Shown here piece after piece: positions 19,434-29,464 of a stretch of DNA of 64,000 nt (position 1 is its first letter; every line of letters begins with the position of its first letter). Position numbers and translations under genes: made by a program. The notes under the pieces are model-generated. The model was given only the letters and a program-made list of their open reading frames with translations, ran no database searches and had not been told where the DNA came from. Location: positions 96,001 to 160,000 of the forward strand of contig JBHLKM010000006.1 in assembly GCA_048886685.1 (NCBI GenBank), given 5' to 3'. Origin of the DNA: Candidatus Hodarchaeota archaeon (lineage in GTDB: Archaea; Asgardarchaeota; Lokiarchaeia; Sigyniarchaeales; SOKP01).

Positions 19434-20135
19434 ATGGAAATAAAAACTGATGTTTGCAATGGTTGCGGACAATGTGTCATTGTTTGTCCTGTTCTAGCAA
19501 TAGAAATGATTGATAATAAAGCGGTTGTAGATGAAGAAAAATGTGTTGAATGCTCAGTTTGTTATAGGAATGCTAATTGTCCTGTTAATGGAATTAGGAT
19601 GAAAAAGTTAAAGTGGCCTAGAGAAATTCGAATTCCTTTCAGTAATGTCATTACTACTCACAAAATAACAGGTGTAGCAGGTAGAGGAACTGAAGAGATG
19701 AAAACCAATGATGTGACCAATCGCTATAATTTTGGCGAATTTGGTGTCTCAATTGAACTAGGCCGTCCAGGGTTAGGAACAAGACTTCGAAATATCGAAT
19801 TATTCACAACCAAATTTGCTGAAATTGGTGTAATATATGAAGAGAAAAGTCCAGTTACAACATTAATTATCGATGATAAAGGGCATATAAACGAAGAAAT
19901 AAAGAATGAACGGGTTTTGTCTGCGATAATAGAATTAAAAATTCCTTCTGAGAAATTACCTCGTATTTTGAAAGTAATCAGGGAGGTAGAGAATGAAATT
20001 GATACTGTTTTTTCTGTTGGGATCGTTTCAAGAATAGAAGAAAATAATACAGATGAGATTATAAATCGGTTGTCTCAATTAGGGTTCGAAGTTAGACCTA
20101 ATGCTAAAATAAATATTGGATTAGGTAGACCATGA
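19434..20135 (+). CDS. 4Fe-4S ferredoxin-domain protein
   Basis: CNGCGQCVIVCP and CVECSVC...CP; GRGTEEMKTNDVT. Confidence 0.8.
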   Translation: MEIKTDVCNGCGQCVIVCPVLAIEMIDNKAVVDEEKCVECSVCYRNANCPVNGIRMKKLKWPREIRIPFSNVITTHKITGVAGRGTEEMKTNDVTNRYNFGEFGVSIELGRPGLGTRLRNIELFTTKFAEIGVIYEEKSPVTTLIIDDKGHINEEIKNERVLSAIIELKIPSEKLPRILKVIREVENEIDTVFSVGIVSRIEENNTDEIINRLSQLGFEVRPNAKINIGLGRP

Positions 20136-20155
20136 ATTTAGGAGGTGTAAAAATT

Positions 20156-20746
20156 ATGACTCACACTTTACACAGAAAAGGAACCAAAAACGATTTAAAA
20201 GAAGACTATGTTCTACTAGCTATGTTTGCGTCCGGGATCAATGACAATTATGATGACTCACGCCAAAAATTAATAAAAATAGCAGAAATTATGAATATTA
20301 AACACCCAGTAAACATTATGGCTGAGTTTGGGTGGAGAACATCTTCTACTGTTACTTCTACTTTTGACAATATTGAAACTGTGAAAGAGGTAATTCGAGA
20401 GCTTAAAAAAGAAGATTTTGGAATTTCAATCGTAATTAGTGGGCTAATCTCTGAGATCAAAAATATTCTTAAAGATCTCAAACTAGACATTCATACAGTT
20501 CATTTTTCTTTAGGTGGAAATTTTGGCAGAAAAGAATTATTACCCTCTGAAGAAATTTTAGAAATAACTACTATGTGTGGACATCACACAATTTCACCCC
20601 AATCAATTTCACATTATGTGGATTTAATAAAACGTGGAAAAACCACTCCTGAAAAAGCTGCAGAAAAACTAGCAAGACCTTGTGTATGTGGGATTGTCAA
20701 TACCTCTCGAGTAATTAAAATTCTTAATACTTTAATTAAAGAATAA
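20156..20746 (+). CDS. Conserved hypothetical Cys/His protein, partner of upstream ferredoxin-domain gene
   Basis: MTHTLHR start after GGAGGTG; TMCGH and CVCG motifs. Confidence 0.65.
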   Translation: MTHTLHRKGTKNDLKEDYVLLAMFASGINDNYDDSRQKLIKIAEIMNIKHPVNIMAEFGWRTSSTVTSTFDNIETVKEVIRELKKEDFGISIVISGLISEIKNILKDLKLDIHTVHFSLGGNFGRKELLPSEEILEITTMCGHHTISPQSISHYVDLIKRGKTTPEKAAEKLARPCVCGIVNTSRVIKILNTLIKE

Positions 20747-20846
20747 AAAAACTCCAGTATTTGTATCATAACTCAAGATATAAATACCTAACTGGTTTAT
20801 TTTCAATTAAACCTCTACAATCCAGAATTTATAAATTATATTCTAT

Positions 20847-21500
20847 TTGGGGGAACGTGTATTGAAAATAGCTATTATCGGAACAGGAACTTTGGGGAGT
20901 GCTTTAGGAAAAATTTGGGCAGGAAAGGGTCATACCATCATGTTTGGCTCTCGGGATCCTCAGAAAGCAAAAAAATTGGCCGAATCAATTGGATCTAATG
21001 CAAGTGGTGGGACATATGAAGAAGCTGCAAAATCTGGGGACTTTGTCATTCTTGCAGTTCCTTGGTCAGGAGCAAAAGAATCAATCAAAGCAGCGGGAGA
21101 TTTAAGCGGCAAGATAATTGTGGATTCCACTACTACTGCTGCACCTCATTTGGGAGGAACCTTAATAAAAGTTATCCCCTCTGCAGCAGAAAAAGTCGCA
21201 AAATGGGCTGTAGGTGCTGATGTAATAAAGGCAGTTCATACTATAGGAGTAGAAAGTTTAGATAAGGTACAATTTGGTTCCCAACAAGCAAGTCTATTTA
21301 TCTGTGGAGATAATTTGGACGCAAAATCAAAATTGAAGAAACTAGGAATCGATCTCGGTTTTGATGTTATCGATGCTGGGCCACTCACGAATGCTAGACT
21401 CATAGAGCCCCTGGCAATGCTTTGGATCGAACTAGCGTATAAACAAGGTATGGGTACAGATATCGCTTTTAAGTTGCTACGACGTAGAAAAGCAAGATAA
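20847..21500 (+). CDS. NADPH-dependent F420 reductase family
   Basis: KIAIIGTGTLG, GSRDP, VILAVPW, ICGDN, DAGPLTNARLIEP. Confidence 0.85.
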   Translation: MGERVLKIAIIGTGTLGSALGKIWAGKGHTIMFGSRDPQKAKKLAESIGSNASGGTYEEAAKSGDFVILAVPWSGAKESIKAAGDLSGKIIVDSTTTAAPHLGGTLIKVIPSAAEKVAKWAVGADVIKAVHTIGVESLDKVQFGSQQASLFICGDNLDAKSKLKKLGIDLGFDVIDAGPLTNARLIEPLAMLWIELAYKQGMGTDIAFKLLRRRKAR

Positions 21501-21613
21501 ATGAAATGTTACTAATAATTATTTTATTTTAGTCTTTAATTTTAGTTTTCTTTATTAATTTAGGAGAAATTTATCATAAATAAAACATATTTAAATAATT
21601 AATTCTTAAAAGA

Positions 21614-22561
21614 GTGAAGTTAATTGATATGAAAAGATATAAGAATTCCTTTTTTGCTCATACATATTCCATAGTAGCAAGAGACTCAAAAACGGGAGAG
21701 ATGGGTGTAGGAGTGCAAAGTCATTATTTTTCAGTGGGATCAGTTGTTGATTGGGGGCGTTCTGGAATAGGTGTAGTAGCTACACAATCGTTTGTGAACA
21801 AATCTTTTGGATTAAGAGGGCTTAAATTAATGGAACTGGGAAAATCTCCCGAAGAAGCATTAAATATACTACTTTCAGATGATGAGGGAAAAGAAGTTAG
21901 GCAAGTTGCTTTGTTAGATACTAATGGTAGGGTTGCGGTTCACACAGGATCAAATTGTATAAAATATGCTGGGCATGTAAAAGGAGATAATTTTTCAGTT
22001 CAAGCGAATATGATGTTAACAGATAAAGTTTGGCCAGCTATGGCTAAGGCTTTTGAAAGAAATAAAAACCTACCTTTACCTGAGAGAATAATAAAAACAT
22101 TGGAAGCAGCAGAAGCAGAAGGAGGAGATATAAGAGGAAAACAATCAGCAGCTATATTAATTGTAAAAGGTGAAAAGGTCGAAAATAGATGGGATGATCC
22201 GTTTATTGACATTAGAGTTGAAGATCATCATGAACCTTTGAAGGAACTTAATAGACTACTAATACTCTGGAGAGCTTATGAAAACATGGATAAAGGAGAT
22301 ATTGCTATTGAAAAAGGAGATATGAATAAAGCTCTAGAAGTATACAACACTGCAAGAGAAATGGTTCCTGATAATCTTGAAATGAAATATTGGACTGCTA
22401 TATCTCTAGCTAATAATAAAAAAATTGAGGAAGCAATATCATTATTTAAAGAAATTTTTGCTGAAGATGACAATTGGCGTATCCTTACCGAAAGACTCCC
22501 TGAAGTGGAAGTTTTAAATATACCAAAAGAAGATTTAAGAAAAATATTAGCATTAAAGTGA
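21614..22561 (+). CDS. DUF1028 (Ntn-hydrolase-like) protein with C-terminal TPR
   Basis: TYSIVARD, GVVATQS, GGDIRGKQSAA, DIRVEDH; TPR-like tail. Confidence 0.85.
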   Translation: MKLIDMKRYKNSFFAHTYSIVARDSKTGEMGVGVQSHYFSVGSVVDWGRSGIGVVATQSFVNKSFGLRGLKLMELGKSPEEALNILLSDDEGKEVRQVALLDTNGRVAVHTGSNCIKYAGHVKGDNFSVQANMMLTDKVWPAMAKAFERNKNLPLPERIIKTLEAAEAEGGDIRGKQSAAILIVKGEKVENRWDDPFIDIRVEDHHEPLKELNRLLILWRAYENMDKGDIAIEKGDMNKALEVYNTAREMVPDNLEMKYWTAISLANNKKIEEAISLFKEIFAEDDNWRILTERLPEVEVLNIPKEDLRKILALK

Positions 22562-23613
22562 AAATTATGAAGATCTCACGATATTATAATAATAATAATA
22601 TAAGAGAAGATGAAATCCCTAAACCTGAAATTGGTCTAGAAGAAATTCTAGTAAAAGTAAAAGAATCGGGAATCTGTGGTTCAGATATACTAGAGTATTA
22701 TCGACTTGCGAAAATGAAGAAATTAGGTGTCGATTCTTTAATTTTAGGACATGAAATAGCTGGCGACATTGTTGAGAAAGGTGAAGCAGTTAAACATCTG
22801 AAAGTTGGGGATCGTGTATTTGTTTCTCATCATGTGCCTTGTTTTGAATGTCATTATTGTAAACAAGGGCACCATACCGCTTGTAATTTACTCCATAATA
22901 CTAATTATGATCCTGGTGGTTTTGCAGAATACGTCAGGATACCTAAGATCAACATTGAAAAAAAAGGGGTATATGTTTTAGATTCAAGTGTTTCATACGA
23001 TGAAGCTGTGTTTATAGAACCTTTAGGCTGTGTCTGTCGAGCACAACGATTAGCAGATATAAAGAAAGGATTGACAGTCTTAGTATTAGGATGTGGTACT
23101 TCAGGTATTTTACATATTCAATTAGCAAAGCTTAGAGGTGCAAAAAAAGTGATTGCTACCGATATTAACGAGTATCGACTACAAAAAGCAAAGGAAAATG
23201 GAGCTGATGCTATTTTTCATGCAGATGCAGATCTCTCAACTGAAATTAAAGAGATTAATAAATTTAGGTTAGCAGATATTGTAATTGTTTGTACTGGTGC
23301 TACTTCAGCAGCAAAACAAGCATTAGAATGTGCTGCATCAGGTAGTAAAATTATTTTTTTTGCAGTTCCAGAACCTGGAGTGAATCTCGAAGTACCTATA
23401 AATAAGTATTGGAGAAACGAAATAACAATTATGACCTCTTACGGAGCAGCACCCGAAGATCTTGATGAGGCGTATAATTGGATCCTCTCAAAAAGGATCC
23501 ACGTAGAGGAATTAATAACTCATCGTTTTCCGCTTAACGAAGCTAGGAAAGCATTTAAAGTAGTATGTGAAGCAGGTAATTCCCTCAAAGTCATACTTGA
23601 ACCCAATAGATAA
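22558..23613 (+). CDS. Zinc-dependent alcohol/polyol dehydrogenase (MDR family)
   Basis: GICGSD, GHE, CFECHYC..C, EPLGC, GCGTSG. Confidence 0.9.
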   Translation: MKIMKISRYYNNNNIREDEIPKPEIGLEEILVKVKESGICGSDILEYYRLAKMKKLGVDSLILGHEIAGDIVEKGEAVKHLKVGDRVFVSHHVPCFECHYCKQGHHTACNLLHNTNYDPGGFAEYVRIPKINIEKKGVYVLDSSVSYDEAVFIEPLGCVCRAQRLADIKKGLTVLVLGCGTSGILHIQLAKLRGAKKVIATDINEYRLQKAKENGADAIFHADADLSTEIKEINKFRLADIVIVCTGATSAAKQALECAASGSKIIFFAVPEPGVNLEVPINKYWRNEITIMTSYGAAPEDLDEAYNWILSKRIHVEELITHRFPLNEARKAFKVVCEAGNSLKVILEPNR

Positions 23614-23614
23614 A

Positions 23615-23794
23615 TTAACCCGAACCTAATGATTTTTCAGTGTCACCTCCCAAAATTGAATCAATTTCTTTGTTGGTAAATTAAATTCCTTTAAAGGCTC
23701 GATATGGGAGATTTTTTATCATATCTAATACACCTTTAAATGGCAATATAGGATCATATATTGGATTATCAGAATATCTAAATACTAAGAAGAA
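23615..23794 (-). pseudogene. Degenerate 3' remnant, amidohydrolase-like C-terminus
   Basis: VFRYSDNP...LDMIKNLP...*FTNKEIDSILGGDTEKSL; internal TAA at 23681-23683, no start. Confidence 0.45.
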
Positions 23795-24127
23795 TTATCC
23801 AATAAATCGCGTTTGAACCTGTTCATAAAGATTGGTTTTGTAAACAGTTCTTAAACTGATAAATGATCCTAAAAATATAAGAATTAATGGAGGTACAACA
23901 ATATATATAATAGCATTTTGACCAATTACTATTTTAAATGGTCCATCTCCTTGAAAAATAGCAGCTAGTGGAAGACTTAAAGGATATGTAAATATCAATG
24001 CCATTATTATTGCGACGAGACCTTGTATCATATTTTCTCCTAAGATTAAACTAAAATTTTTACTTCTTCCAAATCCTAAAGACCTTAATATACCATATTT
24101 ATAATTTTTATCATAGATTATTTTAGG
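23795..24127 (-). pseudogene. 3' remnant of FtsX/MacB-like ABC permease
   Basis: Frame extends upstream of ATG 24031 as IYDKNYKYGILRSLGFGRS (FtsX-type motif), then a stop; N-terminal part absent. Confidence 0.6.
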
Positions 24128-24149
24128 CTACAGAAATAAAAATTCAATA

Positions 24150-25118
24150 TTAATTGCTTCTGAAATACTTGCTTCTCCTAATATGTTTTCGGATTATCCA
24201 AGATTCCCAAAATCTGTAAATTTCAAGCACAACTCCTTTTAATTTCTTTTTGGGGAAAAATAAATCCATTTTAAGTAATTCATTAGTAACCTCATTCTCA
24301 GACTTTTCTTTTAAATTAGGTAAATTTAGAGCATTATCTACTTTATCTTGATTAATTTTTATCTTTCCTCTCATATACTCAAATGGGTGCACATCTGGAT
24401 TCTTAACGATATATGAATGACTTGAAGTTAGAAATTTTGCTTTTTGGATGAAGATATTTTCCGCTATTTTAATATCTTCTATATATTGTGAAATTGAAGC
24501 ATCTCTAAATCCATACCAAGGACCGAATCCTTCGATTTCTGGATTTGGTTTATCGAAACCTAAGCAACTAATATGAAATATTTTATCATCGGGTAATAAG
24601 AAACCGATATGCGCTTCAGAATGCCCTTTCAAAGAAATGGTTTCAACCTTATAATTGTCAAATCGAAGAGTTTCCCCTGGAATAAAGATATTAACTTGGT
24701 TGCATTGCTGGTATCCATTTAATTTAGCAAATTCTTCAACGGTTTTATAATCTAATTCTTCCTCAAAACCAAATCCTTTGTAAAAATTGTGAAGATTTAA
24801 TAAATGATTTGCTTCTGGACGAGGAGCATGTATAGTTGCTCCAATTTCTTCCCAAGCATGAACATGACAGGTATGATCTAAATGTCCGTGAGAACAAACA
24901 TGATCTGATATAGATCCATAGATATTATTAAGTGAATCAACATATTTTTGTTCTATGTTCAAATCGAGCGATATTGTATTATTATTGCGACCTTTTTTGG
25001 GCAAAACAAGAAGCCCATCACAACATGAAAAAAAGAAAGGGTGCTTAATTTGATGAACTAGTAAAATATTTTCAGTTACTCTTTTTATTTCAAGATTTTC
25101 TATTTTTGGCAAGGACAT
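24150..25118 (-). CDS. Metallo-beta-lactamase fold hydrolase
   Basis: SHGHLDH, GHS, SSH motifs. Confidence 0.8.
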   Translation of the reverse strand: MSLPKIENLEIKRVTENILLVHQIKHPFFFSCCDGLLVLPKKGRNNNTISLDLNIEQKYVDSLNNIYGSISDHVCSHGHLDHTCHVHAWEEIGATIHAPRPEANHLLNLHNFYKGFGFEEELDYKTVEEFAKLNGYQQCNQVNIFIPGETLRFDNYKVETISLKGHSEAHIGFLLPDDKIFHISCLGFDKPNPEIEGFGPWYGFRDASISQYIEDIKIAENIFIQKAKFLTSSHSYIVKNPDVHPFEYMRGKIKINQDKVDNALNLPNLKEKSENEVTNELLKMDLFFPKKKLKGVVLEIYRFWESWIIRKHIRRSKYFRSN

Positions 25119-25275
25119 TGAATAAAGAATTTTAGTAAAATATTAGAAATTTGCGATCAAAAATAAGTGAGAACTTAATAATTTAACCTTGATCAACGAT
25201 TAAATTAATTCAAATAACAATCAACTACAGATAAAATAAAAAAAAGTTAAAGGATGATTTTTCGAATTATCTTCT

Positions 25276-25683
25276 CTATTTCCATAATGATTTCAAGATA
25301 TCTTGCTGTTGTAGAAAGGTCAGTAAAAAGAGCAGCAATATAATTATCATAATTATAAGTGTTAGAACGGCCATACCTACCTCATAAATAGAGAAATTCA
25401 TAATATGGGTAACTATACCCGCTACAAGCCACATAATTTCAGCGATAACAACAATTTTAACTTCTTTCCATTCTTTTGCTAAGAATCCGAATAATGAACT
25501 AACCGTAAGCGCTGCAAAAACGGAACCTATTATCAAACTCATAGCCCCGGTTTCATCAGTATAGGCAATCCCATAAATATCTGCAGTCATTTCAGGCATC
25601 CAAAAAGCAATAGTAAAAATGACCCCTATAACAAAATGGATTATAAATGTTAATCTGGTGAATTTTAAAATTTCTTCAGTCAT
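25276..25683 (-). CDS. Small 4-TM membrane protein
   Basis: Four hydrophobic segments. Confidence 0.7.
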   Translation of the reverse strand: MTEEILKFTRLTFIIHFVIGVIFTIAFWMPEMTADIYGIAYTDETGAMSLIIGSVFAALTVSSLFGFLAKEWKEVKIVVIAEIMWLVAGIVTHIMNFSIYEVGMAVLTLIIMIIILLLFLLTFLQQQDILKSLWK

Positions 25684-25900
25684 TTTTCAATCACTTTTTA
25701 TTGGAAATTTTTTTTACATTATTGTTAATAATTATTTTTCATTATTTTTAAAGCTAGATCCATTGATAATATTAATTAAGGTATGAATATCTACTAAAAA
25801 TTTAATTTTCTCTAACATATTATCCCCAAATAAACTTAAGTTCACGTGATAAACTCTTCATAATGACTTAATTTAAAATAAAAAAATGGGAAAAAAAAGA

Positions 25901-26683
25901 TTATAATCCTATAGGTCCCTGATTATAAATTTCATATGCCTCATCAACAGAAGCATTCTCATGAACAATTGCACGAACGGCCTGTATCATGCCGATTGGT
26001 TTGTCTGATTGGAAAATATTCCGTCCCATATCTACGCCTACGGCTCCTTTGTCAATTGCATTTTTTGCCATTTGTAGAGCTTCTTTTTCTGGAATTTTCT
26101 TACCACCGGCGATCACTATAGGTACAGGGCAAATACTTGTTACGTTTTCAAAATTATCGCAATAATAAGTCTTTACAAACGTAGCTCCCATTTCTGCTGC
26201 CATTCTACTAGCCATACCTAAGTACCTGTCGTCTCTAACCATTTCTCTGCCAACTGCAGTCACTGCTAGTGTTGGGATACCATATTCCTGACCCCAATTT
26301 ACAAGTTTAGATAAATTCATTAAGCTTTGTTTCTCAAATTCTCCACCTACAAAAATGGAGCATGTAATTGCTGAAACATTTAGTCTTATAGCATCTTCAA
26401 TCGTTACATTAATTTCTTCATTTGATAGTTCTTTAAGCATGCTCGCTCCAGCTGATACTCTTAATACAATAGGGATATCAATATTAGGATCAACACAGCT
26501 TCTTAACATCCCGCGGGTTAGCATTAATGCATCAGCATACTTAAATAGTGGATTTAAATCTCCAAAACATTTTAAACTTCCTGGTATATTCCCAAAATAA
26601 CCATGATCTACTGCTAACATTACACAATGTCCAGATTTTGGTTTTATTATGCGTGATAACCTATTTTGCATTCCGTAATCCAA
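25901..26683 (-). CDS. lsrF: LsrF-like class I aldolase/thiolase
   Basis: MDYGMQNRLSRI, LAVDHGYF, FVKTYYC, VIAGGKK, GVDMGRNIFQS. Confidence 0.85.
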   Translation of the reverse strand: MDYGMQNRLSRIIKPKSGHCVMLAVDHGYFGNIPGSLKCFGDLNPLFKYADALMLTRGMLRSCVDPNIDIPIVLRVSAGASMLKELSNEEINVTIEDAIRLNVSAITCSIFVGGEFEKQSLMNLSKLVNWGQEYGIPTLAVTAVGREMVRDDRYLGMASRMAAEMGATFVKTYYCDNFENVTSICPVPIVIAGGKKIPEKEALQMAKNAIDKGAVGVDMGRNIFQSDKPIGMIQAVRAIVHENASVDEAYEIYNQGPIGL

Positions 26684-26789
26684 CTTAATTCACTTTTTTA
26701 TGTTTAATTTTGATTTAATCTAACATTGTAAAATAATTTAAGATCTTTATTTTACTTTTACTAAAATTAAGAGATTAAAAAATTAGTAC

Positions 26790-27632
26790 CTAAATAATGC
26801 TTAAAAATTCTCCAACTCTACTTTTTATCTTTGAAGCAAGTGTTTTCGAGATATTTCTTCGAATAAACTCTTTAATTAAAGCCAAGCGATAATTACTAAT
26901 CGTTTTAATTTTTAAATCTTTAGACAATTGATCTATTAATTCATCTTCATAAATATCTTTAATACCTTGGAGGATGTATATAGCATGGTTAGCCTCATTT
27001 ATAAGTCGTCCAATATCTTGTTGGAGAAGTTTAAGTTGTTCTTGTTCATCAATGATCTCAAGAGCTCGTTTTACAATTCCTTCTTCAAATTTCATTTTCA
27101 CATTCCAAGGTGTTTGAAAAATATGTTGTTGTGTATCCATTATTAATACATCCTTTTCTTTGATATTTAATTTGTTTAAAGAAGGATCATCAAGTAAATA
27201 GATTGTTTTTCTCCCTTGGAATCTCTCTGGTAATATCATATCACCAACCATATTAAGAGTTCCTTCATTATATTCAAAATTTTTGTTTTTTATGATGTAG
27301 GAGGGATAATTAAATACTTTGGCATGAATTAGACTAAAAATGCCATAGATTCCAAATATTTGAATTAAATTTCTCAGATTGATTCTTCTTCCTACCTCAG
27401 TTTCAGGAGAAATAACTGCCATTTGTATATCTATTTTTTCATAACCCCTTACAACTCCTTTTGTATCAACAAAAACTATAAACTGGTGTTCACTACAAAC
27501 AGCATTAACTGGTACCTGAATCTTTATTGTACCAAACTTTTTTTGCGAAAAAATAGATTCTGGAATATTAATACTCTTCGTTTCCCCACACATTGGGCAA
27601 ATTACTTCAAGTATTTTAAAGGTTTCACTCAT
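26790..27632 (-). CDS. Hypothetical protein with N-terminal Zn-ribbon-like motif
   Basis: CPMC...CSEHQFIVFVDTKGVVRGYEKID. Confidence 0.6.
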   Translation of the reverse strand: MSETFKILEVICPMCGETKSINIPESIFSQKKFGTIKIQVPVNAVCSEHQFIVFVDTKGVVRGYEKIDIQMAVISPETEVGRRINLRNLIQIFGIYGIFSLIHAKVFNYPSYIIKNKNFEYNEGTLNMVGDMILPERFQGRKTIYLLDDPSLNKLNIKEKDVLIMDTQQHIFQTPWNVKMKFEEGIVKRALEIIDEQEQLKLLQQDIGRLINEANHAIYILQGIKDIYEDELIDQLSKDLKIKTISNYRLALIKEFIRRNISKTLASKIKSRVGEFLSII

Positions 27633-27734
27633 TTTACTAAGAAATTAATATTTAATAGCACTAATAATAATACAAAAAAACAACATAAAAATTTTAATAC
27701 GAAAGTTATTTACTTTAAAACTTATAAACATAAT

Positions 27735-29375
27735 TTATGACCTTTTTATAGGTACTCCCGATAATGAACCTGTAAAGTTCCCCTTATTAACAGCTGGTTT
27801 TCCATTTACAAAAACATATTCAACACCTTCAGAGTATAACCTTGGATTCTCGTAAGTAGCCTTATCTATTATGCTATCAGAATCAAAGATTGTAACATCT
27901 GCATAAAATCCTTTTCTTAATAATCCACGATCTTTCAATCCTAACTTTTGAGCAGGATATGAAGTCATTCTTCTAATTGCGTCTTCTAATGTAATTAAAT
28001 TCTTTTCACGTACATATTTACCTAAAACTTGTGTGAAACAGCCATTTGCATATGGATTGGGAAAATAACTCGGATCATTTTCTGGAATAATTCTCCCATC
28101 TGAAGCAAACATAGTAAGTGGATGAGTAATTGTTATTATATTATCTTCCTCTGTCATTGAGAGATAAGTTCCATTAACAGAACCTTCTTGTTCAATTAAG
28201 ACATCGATTACAACTTGTCTTGGATCGCAATCTTTCTCAATTGCATTTTGATATACTGTCTTGCCATTGTATTCTTTGCTTCCAGGTGCGTTTATATAAA
28301 CCTTTTTCCAATCCTCATGTTGGTTAATTTTTAGAAAACTTTTTCCAATAAGGTCCATTTCCTTATATATCTTATTCCTTAGAGTTTCATCATTTTTAGA
28401 TTGTTTTAAAGTTGCAACAGCACTAGGAATATCTATTTTATTATTTGCGATATATATCCAAGGGGGGACTAACACAAATAAAAATGTAGAGTTTGATGCG
28501 TGAGGAAAAACATCAAATGTAATATCTAAATTATTCGCGCGAGCTTTTTCTACTTGCTTATATGCCTTTCTTATATCTCCTGGCCAAAATCCAAACGGTT
28601 TGAAATGATTAATCTCAACGGGTATACCAGTTTTAGCAATTTCAATAGTCTCTTTTGTAGCTCTTACGAGTCCGTTGGGAAAACCTCTAAAGTGAGTGGT
28701 ATATATCCCATTATATTTTTTAACAACTTTACAAAGCTCAATAATCTCATCTGTTTTAGCGAAAGACCCAGGTGGATAATCCAAACCAGTAGACATACCA
28801 AAAGCACCAGCTTTCATTTCATCTTCAAGGACTTTTTTCATCTCATTCATTTCAGTTTCAGTTGGAGGTCTATTTTCTAATCCTATAGTATATATTCTTA
28901 ACATAGAATGGCCGATTAATGGGATTATATTTATAGGGATGCCTTTAATTTTTAAACCGTCTAAATAATCATTTAAGCTATAAAATTTAAATTCAGAATC
29001 CTTCATTGAAAGCGTTGATTTGAGTTGTTCAAATTCTACATCATCTCTTATTCTATTTGGGTCAATTGGAGTCATCGAAAATCCACAATTTCCTACAACA
29101 TGGGTAGTAACTCCCTGTGATAACACGTTTTCACCACGACTGCGTAGCACGGTAAAATCTGAATGAGTGTGAATATCAATAAAACCTGGTGAGATAAAAA
29201 GATTAGAAGCATCGATAACCACATCCACATCTTTATTTACTATGTCTTGAGAAATTTCCATTATATATCCCTTATCAATAAAGATATCTCCACTAAACCA
29301 AGGATTTCCAGTCCCATCGATGATCTTACCATGCTTGATTAAAAATGATTCGTTAGTTGATTTATTTTCCTTCAT
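27735..29375 (-). CDS. N-acyl-D-amino-acid deacylase (D-aminoacylase)
   Basis: IIDGTG, PGFIDIHTHSD, GNCGFS, GMSTGLDYPPG, MTSYPA, GVEYVFVNG. Confidence 0.9.
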   Translation of the reverse strand: MKENKSTNESFLIKHGKIIDGTGNPWFSGDIFIDKGYIMEISQDIVNKDVDVVIDASNLFISPGFIDIHTHSDFTVLRSRGENVLSQGVTTHVVGNCGFSMTPIDPNRIRDDVEFEQLKSTLSMKDSEFKFYSLNDYLDGLKIKGIPINIIPLIGHSMLRIYTIGLENRPPTETEMNEMKKVLEDEMKAGAFGMSTGLDYPPGSFAKTDEIIELCKVVKKYNGIYTTHFRGFPNGLVRATKETIEIAKTGIPVEINHFKPFGFWPGDIRKAYKQVEKARANNLDITFDVFPHASNSTFLFVLVPPWIYIANNKIDIPSAVATLKQSKNDETLRNKIYKEMDLIGKSFLKINQHEDWKKVYINAPGSKEYNGKTVYQNAIEKDCDPRQVVIDVLIEQEGSVNGTYLSMTEEDNIITITHPLTMFASDGRIIPENDPSYFPNPYANGCFTQVLGKYVREKNLITLEDAIRRMTSYPAQKLGLKDRGLLRKGFYADVTIFDSDSIIDKATYENPRLYSEGVEYVFVNGKPAVNKGNFTGSLSGVPIKRS

Positions 29376-29464
29376 AAAATCACAATCTGTATTTTAATAT
29401 CTATAGGTTTGTTTTTTGTTGTATATAAATATTGTATATAAAAAAAGGAAAAGATTGGGGAGGA

